From Deltaproteobacteria bacterium GWF2_42_12 (lineage in GTDB: Bacteria; Desulfobacterota; GWC2-55-46; UBA9637): a stretch of DNA of 24,000 nucleotides. Positions 8,626 through 14,085 of the stretch are shown in pieces. Position numbers and translations under genes: made by a program. Positions within the stretch are counted from its first letter, which is position 1, and every line of letters starts with the position of its first letter. The DNA is taken from contig MGQA01000002.1 of the NCBI GenBank assembly GCA_001797665.1, positions 1,195 to 25,194 on the forward strand, given 5' to 3'. Below the pieces are notes generated by a model, which saw nothing but the letters and a program-made list of their open reading frames with translations, made no database searches and was not told where the DNA came from.

Positions 8626-9924
8626 TTAAAAGACAAAATCAAGTTTAACTATGCCCAGGTCCCCCTCGCCACCTGTGGTATGCAGCGCCCCTTCGATAGT
8701 AAGCTTTATATTTGCGCGAACCAGCGCCAACAAGCTTACAACCACTTCATCTTTATTTTCCTTCTCATGTTCTATATCAGCTACTCCATACCTCACCGCT
8801 GCAATAAGCCAAGGATAAATGGCAAGGTCGGCTTCAGAAAAATAGGAACTTACAGAGGTATCACTAAAATTGCCACTCGGATTACTATGCTCCCCCTGAA
8901 TAACCGCGCCAAACAGATTAAAAATTTTATAATTGAAGTCAAAGGTAAAGCCATACCTATAGAAATTATCGTCATACGTGCTGTTTGAAACAACCACTTT
9001 ATTTTTGCCTGAATAACCTATTACGCCAACATATAGCGATTTTTCATCCTTTACCTCTGGCAGGACATCTTCTTTGTCTGAGATAAGGCCAGAACCATCC
9101 AGGCCAATGCCGCCGAACTTATATCCAACCTTAAGACAGGCGTCCTTTGTCGTATTATTGTCTGCAGAGTTGGTTGTGGAATCTGTCTTCCCTGTACCGT
9201 TGCCATTAACTATGCCCACTGCATATTCTAAGCGGCTCTCTATAATGCCATCTATCTCTATGCCTCGCTGATTTGAGAAGTTAAAGCTGTTTTTCCCGAC
9301 TGTAAACGTATTAATGAGATATGGCGCATATGTTAAACGGCGATTATTGGAGACCGGGACTGCTGACGGTTCGAATTGACCGATAGTCACATTCAAAAGG
9401 CGGTCAGGAAGCGAGCTGCTGAATGTATCATTAAACTTCAGGAAAAAACGCCACAAACCGCCGAACTCATTTCCACTTCTAATAAGAGAAACACTGCCAA
9501 AAAAAGATACATCTTCACCGAGTGTTCCAGCTGATTCAAGCGCTATGGTACTTGGAAAGGTAAAATCATGCTTTACCCGAGAGTTTACATCATATCGGTA
9601 AAACAAACTTCCAAATAAAGAAAGGGGTATTGCCCCAGGAATCTCGCCTGGCCAGATTCCTTCAGGCCAAACCTCTTTCCACGCCGGAGCGCCCAAGCTG
9701 ACAGGTTTCTCCTTAACATAGCGTTCGTCAACCTCTGGGATCTGGTATCCGTTTCTTCTGAACGCCTCACCAAAGGCATTAAGTTTTGGAAAAGCTGCAT
9801 GACATGTTGTGCAGCTCGTCTTATACTTTCTTGCAAAGGCTGGTATAGCCTCTGCATTTGTCCTAAAAATGGAAGTTATTAAACAGATAATTAAAATAAT
9901 AAGTATAGATTTAATCAGTCTCAT
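8626..9924 (-). CDS. Outer-membrane beta-barrel protein with N-terminal CxxCH haem-binding motif
   Basis: Signal peptide (MRLIKSILIILIICLITSIFRTNAEA), a CTTCH motif about 12 residues into the mature protein, alternating beta-strand-like sequence, and a C-terminal ...VKLDFVF aromatic terminus typical of OMPs. Confidence 0.6.
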   Translation of the reverse strand: MRLIKSILIILIICLITSIFRTNAEAIPAFARKYKTSCTTCHAAFPKLNAFGEAFRRNGYQIPEVDERYVKEKPVSLGAPAWKEVWPEGIWPGEIPGAIPLSLFGSLFYRYDVNSRVKHDFTFPSTIALESAGTLGEDVSFFGSVSLIRSGNEFGGLWRFFLKFNDTFSSSLPDRLLNVTIGQFEPSAVPVSNNRRLTYAPYLINTFTVGKNSFNFSNQRGIEIDGIIESRLEYAVGIVNGNGTGKTDSTTNSADNNTTKDACLKVGYKFGGIGLDGSGLISDKEDVLPEVKDEKSLYVGVIGYSGKNKVVVSNSTYDDNFYRYGFTFDFNYKIFNLFGAVIQGEHSNPSGNFSDTSVSSYFSEADLAIYPWLIAAVRYGVADIEHEKENKDEVVVSLLALVRANIKLTIEGALHTTGGEGDLGIVKLDFVF

Positions 9925-10319
9925 GGATTGTTGTAGAATTATTTTTTAACATTCGTATACAAATTTGGGGTTTTATTTTAGCATAAAGTAAGAATATTTT
10001 TCACTAAAAATACCTTACCCAAAAATAGCGTTTGATTTTTGGGGAAACCGCCCCCGATTGATTCTATCGGGGGTTGTCAGACGAGGCAGAGGCCATCCCT
10101 GATAAAAGCACTCAGGGACATGTTTTTGCGACGAGCCCTCCCCCTTTTCTGGGGACAGATTTGAAATCTGTCCCCACAGGGGGACAGGGGGAGGATACGG
10201 TGAGGAGCAAAAATGCGCCGACCAAGCTAAGCTTGGTCAAGGCACGCTGAGCGTGTCGATAACGAAGTATGCCTGTCCCCGAGTGTCTCTATCGGGGAGC
10301 AGGCAAATCGCAGGTTTGT

Positions 10320-10348
10320 AAAATAGCGAAGTTTTTAATCGCTATTTT
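10320..10348 (-). terminator. Hairpin 10 nt downstream of the AMMECR1 stop (possible intrinsic terminator)
   Basis: AAAATAGCGA-AGTTTTTAA-TCGCTATTTT gives a 10-bp stem whose 3' arm ends in a U-run on either strand. The stem is AT-rich, so termination strength is uncertain. Confidence 0.4.
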
Positions 10349-10357
10349 ACGGCCTTA

Positions 10358-10903
10358 TCAATCGCCTTCGCCAAACACCTCTGCCTCAAATGTATATATA
10401 TCAGCCCCATCCTTCCAGCCGTCAGATGGAAGACCTGCCTTAAGGCAAGTATGTTCTAAAAATGTTTCTTTGTCCCAGCAACACTCTACTGCGACCTGCG
10501 GGAGAAGAACGCCTCTGCAATACCCCTTTACAATATACAGACCATCCCTCCCAACCTCTATTTCAGTAGTATCTTTTACCTTTTTTAGCGCCGTAAGACA
10601 AGATATCTCTATGGTAATCAGTGATAGTTCAGTTGCAGTAAGCGGAATAAATCTGGGGTCCTGCGTAGCAGTGGCAACAGCCATGTCTACAACAGTGAGA
10701 TAAAGGGGTTTTTCTGACGCAAAGATGCCTATACACCCCCTCAAATTGCCCTTTGTCTTTATAGAAACAAATGCCCCACGATGTTCCAGAAGCGCCGGGC
10801 TGCTCACATTGAAAGGAGGAATCTTTTTAGTCTTAATATAAGATTCAATCGTCTCCCTTACTATTTTTAAGAGGAGCAATTTATCTTCTTTTGAAAGGGG
10901 CAT
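10358..10903 (-). CDS. AMMECR1-domain protein
   Basis: LRGCIG and LLPQVA motifs characteristic of AMMECR1. The likely start is the ATG at 10903 (MPLSKEDK...). Confidence 0.8.
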   Translation of the reverse strand: MPLSKEDKLLLLKIVRETIESYIKTKKIPPFNVSSPALLEHRGAFVSIKTKGNLRGCIGIFASEKPLYLTVVDMAVATATQDPRFIPLTATELSLITIEISCLTALKKVKDTTEIEVGRDGLYIVKGYCRGVLLPQVAVECCWDKETFLEHTCLKAGLPSDGWKDGADIYTFEAEVFGEGD

Positions 10904-10917
10904 AATACTATTTCGGA

Positions 10918-11493
10918 TTATAATACATCTCCGCAAAAATTACGATATTCGCAGTCAAGACATTTGGCCGGAGAATTTACCGGAGGCGGAATTTGCTGGC
11001 AGTGTATCATTTTTCGGATATCGTCTAATAAATTTTTTGTTTCCTCTTTGACTTTGCCGGTTAAATCAAAAACCACAGCATCCTCTTTTGGAATTAAGTA
11101 TACAAAACCCTTATCAACATTGCGATTATATACATCTTCCAAAATTATAGCATAACCCAAAAGCTGATAAAGATGATTTTTGTGCGGCTGAGAGGTTGTA
11201 TATTTAAAATCCACAGGATAATAAGAATCTTTGGTTTTAATTAGCAAATCCACCTTGCCGGATAAAGCATATCTCTCAGAATATAATTGCTTATGAAATT
11301 CTCTCGTGCCGCTGGATAAGCCGTATTCCTTAAGTTTCCTTCTGTTTTCTAATCTGTCTATCTTATCCTCTGCTATCTTTCCATATTCCATCTTAAAGGT
11401 TGCCTTTTTCTCAACAGGCATAACATAGTTATAGAACACAACCCTTTGACAATAGACAAACTGTTTAAGGTCGCTAACCCTGAGATGAATCAT
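10918..11493 (-). CDS. cas4: CRISPR-associated Cas4 (RecB-like exonuclease with Fe-S Cys cluster)
   Basis: N-terminal ...DLKQFVYCQR..., DFKYT (D..K nuclease motif), QLLGYAIILE (QhxxY) and C-terminal CLDCEYRNFC. The preferred start is the ATG at 11493 (MIHLRVSDL..., AGGAAA upstream). The ORF is open up to 11580 and overlaps the cas2 3' end. Confidence 0.85.
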   Translation of the reverse strand: MIHLRVSDLKQFVYCQRVVFYNYVMPVEKKATFKMEYGKIAEDKIDRLENRRKLKEYGLSSGTREFHKQLYSERYALSGKVDLLIKTKDSYYPVDFKYTTSQPHKNHLYQLLGYAIILEDVYNRNVDKGFVYLIPKEDAVVFDLTGKVKEETKNLLDDIRKMIHCQQIPPPVNSPAKCLDCEYRNFCGDVL

Positions 11494-11752
11494 CTCTATT
11501 TTCCTGTATGAGTTCCCTTTTGGCATTGATGTCTTTTTCACAAACAGGGAGCATAAGGAGTTTTCCGGCTTTATCGCCAATGAGAAAGGAAAGCTTTAAA
11601 AAAAGTTCTTCGCGCTTATTTTTGCCCAACGTGCCTGAAAATCCGCTAAATTGAATCCTTTGAAGCCCATAGTCTTTGCAGGTCTCTGCCACCTTATTGC
11701 GGATGCCGTCGTCTTCTATGTCATAGAAAATATAAACAGTATGTTCTCCCAT
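11474..11752 (-). CDS. cas2: CRISPR-associated endoribonuclease Cas2
   Basis: 92 aa with VYIFYDIEDD...RNKV...YGLQRIQFSGFSG, the canonical Cas2 ferredoxin-fold signature. It lies between cas1 and cas4. Confidence 0.85.
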   Translation of the reverse strand: MGEHTVYIFYDIEDDGIRNKVAETCKDYGLQRIQFSGFSGTLGKNKREELFLKLSFLIGDKAGKLLMLPVCEKDINAKRELIQENRDDSSQG

Positions 11753-11777
11753 AATTAGTTGAAAAATGCTTTTATAT

Positions 11778-11904
11778 AGTTCACGCTCAAAAATTGCACA
11801 GATGCAAGGCGCCGAGGAGCGAGCAGCGGAGCATACGCTTTTAGGTATGTGAGCAGCGCAGCGACGAAGGCAACGCAGCAGATGGGCATTTTTCAGCGTG
11901 AACT
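11778..11904. repeat. ~127-bp palindromic (MITE/REP-like) element, copy B, between cas1 and cas2
   Basis: The ends AGTTCACGCTCAAAAATTGCACAGATGC and GCAGATGGGCATTTTTCAGCGTGAACT are inverted repeats. It is the same family as 1896-2023, in opposite orientation. It starts 2 nt after the cas1 stop and ends 25 nt before the cas2 ATG. Confidence 0.8.
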
Positions 11905-11906
11905 AA

Positions 11907-13100
11907 TTACCACTTAAACCTGAACGCCTTATATTCTCTCCTGCCGCTTAAAAAAGCCGATAGGTTTCTTGCCTGCATCTGGATAATAGACCTGATTTTA
12001 TATTTCTTGCCTTCAAATGTTTCCTGGCTTTCCAGCCTTTCTATAATTTTGCTTCCCATTGTCTTTCTTGTTTCCTCTTCAATCAATCCATTTTTCATGT
12101 TAATGGATTCTCCGAGGTTGATATGGGCAATTACAACCTTATCAACAACAGGCTGGCGGAATTCTTCAATCAGATCCAGAACAAGAGACGGCTTGCCGGG
12201 CCTGTCCACATGCAGAAATCCCGCAAATGGCTCAAGACCTGCATTTATAATTGCTCCCCAGACATGCGAATAGAGAATGCCATAACCATAATTTAAGAGA
12301 GAGTTTACCTTATCCACTGCCCCTCTTGTCTCACGGCCGAAAAACTCAACCTTTCCTGCAATAATCTCTTTGACCGCGCCCCAATATAACCTGCCTGATA
12401 TACCCTCTATTGCCATCAAACCACCTCTTGCATCTTCAATATTTTGCCCATCAATATTATCTACCTGTCCGCTCATCTTTTTAATATCATCAGCAATTCC
12501 TTCAAGTTTATTAAATCTGTCAATATCTACGGTCTTAATATACTTGCCAAAATATCTTATAAGCCTTTCCTGATTTACAATCTTTCCTTCTACAACCGCC
12601 TTTGAGAATTCAAGCCCCCTTTCATCATTAAACGCCATAATCTGCTCTCTTCTGGATACAACCGTTGCGGAGAGCATGGGCGAGGAAAGCATTGCATACG
12701 GTTTGCCGCCATTTGTCAAAAAATTCAGTCTTATCCCCCTTTGGCATAACTCTTCAACAAGGTCAGAGGATAATGACATCCCACGAGAGGCGACAATAAC
12801 CTCATTCAGTCTAAAAAAGGGAAATTCATAAATAACCTTACTGCTCTTTTTTACAATAAGGCGTTCACTCTTTTTACTTAAGAAGATGCCAAAACCTGAC
12901 AGAACTATTTGCGACGAATCTCCGCTCTGCACAAGCGAAATCCCATCGTCAACAAATATTTCATCATCAATATTTTTGTCAATCAGTTGCGGGACTGGCT
13001 CTGCTTCTCCTGTAAAGAGATTGAACTGTGCTGGCGGGAGTTTTTCCTCCGGTTGATATTCCGGATGGATGCGGAGGATTTTTGATGTTTCATTATCCAT
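11907..13100 (-). CDS. cas1: CRISPR-associated integrase Cas1 (with ~60-aa acidic N-terminal extension)
   Basis: NSLLNYGYGIL and GFLHVDRPGKPSLVLDLIEEFRQPVVD motifs. The ATG at 13100 is preceded by GAGGAGG. The ORF-track start at 13175 lacks an SD. Confidence 0.9.
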   Translation of the reverse strand: MDNETSKILRIHPEYQPEEKLPPAQFNLFTGEAEPVPQLIDKNIDDEIFVDDGISLVQSGDSSQIVLSGFGIFLSKKSERLIVKKSSKVIYEFPFFRLNEVIVASRGMSLSSDLVEELCQRGIRLNFLTNGGKPYAMLSSPMLSATVVSRREQIMAFNDERGLEFSKAVVEGKIVNQERLIRYFGKYIKTVDIDRFNKLEGIADDIKKMSGQVDNIDGQNIEDARGGLMAIEGISGRLYWGAVKEIIAGKVEFFGRETRGAVDKVNSLLNYGYGILYSHVWGAIINAGLEPFAGFLHVDRPGKPSLVLDLIEEFRQPVVDKVVIAHINLGESINMKNGLIEEETRKTMGSKIIERLESQETFEGKKYKIRSIIQMQARNLSAFLSGRREYKAFRFKW

Positions 13101-13194
13101 ATAGACCTCCTCAATATTTTCTTGATTTTTGAGGTTATGTGGTGTAACTATAAAGCAGTATACGCCATATTGCAAGCCTTACGGTGGAACATAT

Positions 13195-13431
13195 ATGAAG
13201 TTAACATATGATCCGAGATACAACATAGCTTATATTCGCCTGCATGAAAAACCAGCACAAGTGGAGACTGTGAAAATCAGCGATGAACTGAACATAGATT
13301 TGGCGCCTGATGGAACGGTCTATGGCATAGAATTGCTGAATGCCAATGAACAGTTGAAAAAAGAGGATGAGGGTAAACTCCTTGTTATTAATGAATCTAC
13401 AGGCAAGACAGCCGAAGTATCATTAGCATGA
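13195..13431 (+). CDS. DUF2283-like small protein (YuzE-like)
   Basis: MKLTYDPRYNIAYIRLHEKP...IDLAPDGTVYGIELLNA is the typical DUF2283 pattern. It is on the opposite strand to the cas genes and ends 26 nt before the first CRISPR repeat. Confidence 0.6.
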   Translation: MKLTYDPRYNIAYIRLHEKPAQVETVKISDELNIDLAPDGTVYGIELLNANEQLKKEDEGKLLVINESTGKTAEVSLA

Positions 13432-13457
13432 GTTTCGTTTCAGTGTGGTATTATGAA

Positions 13458-13860
13458 GTTACAGTTAAGGCTCTTTGAAAATATGGCGTGAAACATACAC
13501 AAATCCGAGCTCATGGTTGCCATTTTCAATCGTTACAGTTAAGGCTCTTTGAAAATATGGCGTGAAACAACTTTCGGGGCGGCCTTCCGCACAGATTGAG
13601 GAACGTTACAGTTAAGGCTCTTTGAAAATATGGCGTGAAACTTCTGAGCAGGCGGCCTACCGCAGGTATAAGAAGGAGTTACAGTTAAGGCTCTTTGAAA
13701 ATATGGCGTGAAACTTATAAAGGCGGGATGCGCCTTGCACCGCTTCACACAGTTACAGTTAAGGCTCTTTGAAAATATGGCGTGAAACATCTGCCCACGC
13801 ATATCTCCTTCGAGAAGATCGAAGTTACAGTTAAGGCTCTTTGAAAATATGGCGTGAAAC
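13458..13860 (+). CRISPR. CRISPR array: 6 identical 37-bp repeats (GTTACAGTTAAGGCTCTTTGAAAATATGGCGTGAAAC), 5 unique spacers of 37/36/36/37/35 bp
   Basis: Repeats counted directly at 13458, 13532, 13605, 13678, 13752 and 13824. The repeat is non-palindromic, as expected for type II. The strand is tentative and rests on the anti-repeat geometry; see findings. Confidence 0.97.
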
Positions 13861-13949
13861 AGCTATTGTTTTGCTGGAATTTCAAAGGGATTTTCAAAAA
13901 CAATTTATAAAATTTCCGCAAGACCATTTTTTGAAACAAACCTTAAGGG

Positions 13950-14080
13950 GTTTGCGAAATTTTAAAAGAGCCTTAATTGTAAAACGCCTATACAGTGAAG
14001 GGATATACGCTTGGGTTTGTCCAGCCTGAGCCTCTATGCCAGAAATGGCGCCTTCATCGTGGGTTAGGACATTTAATTTT
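13950..14080 (+). ncRNA. Candidate tracrRNA: 36-nt anti-repeat plus ~95-nt structured tail
   Basis: 13950-13985, GTTTGCGAAATTTTAAAAGAGCCTTAATTGTAAAAC, is an imperfect reverse complement of the full repeat, with 12 contiguous matches (AAAGAGCCTTAA). The downstream tail has hairpins (e.g. GCCA-GAAA-TGGC) and ends in ATTTAATTTT just before the cas9 stop. Strand and ends are not established. Confidence 0.5.
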
Positions 14081-14085
14081 AAAAA

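Noticed and set aside
10269-10703. Plus-strand 144-aa ORF
   Set aside because: It is antisense to the well-supported AMMECR1 gene and begins in the hairpin-rich intergenic tract, so it is a shadow ORF.
13101-13175. Longer Cas1 start at 13175 (422 aa)
   Set aside because: The extra 25 residues (MQYGVYCFIVTPHNLKNQENIEEVY) have no SD, while the ATG at 13100 is preceded by GAGGAGG. This segment also lies only 20-94 nt upstream of the divergent DUF2283-like ORF (start 13195), i.e. in its likely promoter region.
13432-13452. GTTTCGTTTCAGTGTGG upstream of repeat 1, considered as a second degenerate anti-repeat
   Set aside because: Only the first 6 nt (GTTTCA) match the reverse complement of the repeat, which is within chance expectation.
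13539-13939. Minus-strand ORFs of 87 aa (13539-13802) and 64 aa (13745-13939) from the ORF track
   Set aside because: They run through the CRISPR array. Their 'proteins' repeat the same peptide (FHAIFSKSLNCN / FTPYFQRALTVT) once per repeat, so they are translation artefacts of the repeats.
13841-14029. Plus-strand 62-aa ORF across the leader and anti-repeat region
   Set aside because: It starts inside the last repeat, has no RBS, and covers the anti-repeat. An RNA-coding or regulatory role explains the region better.
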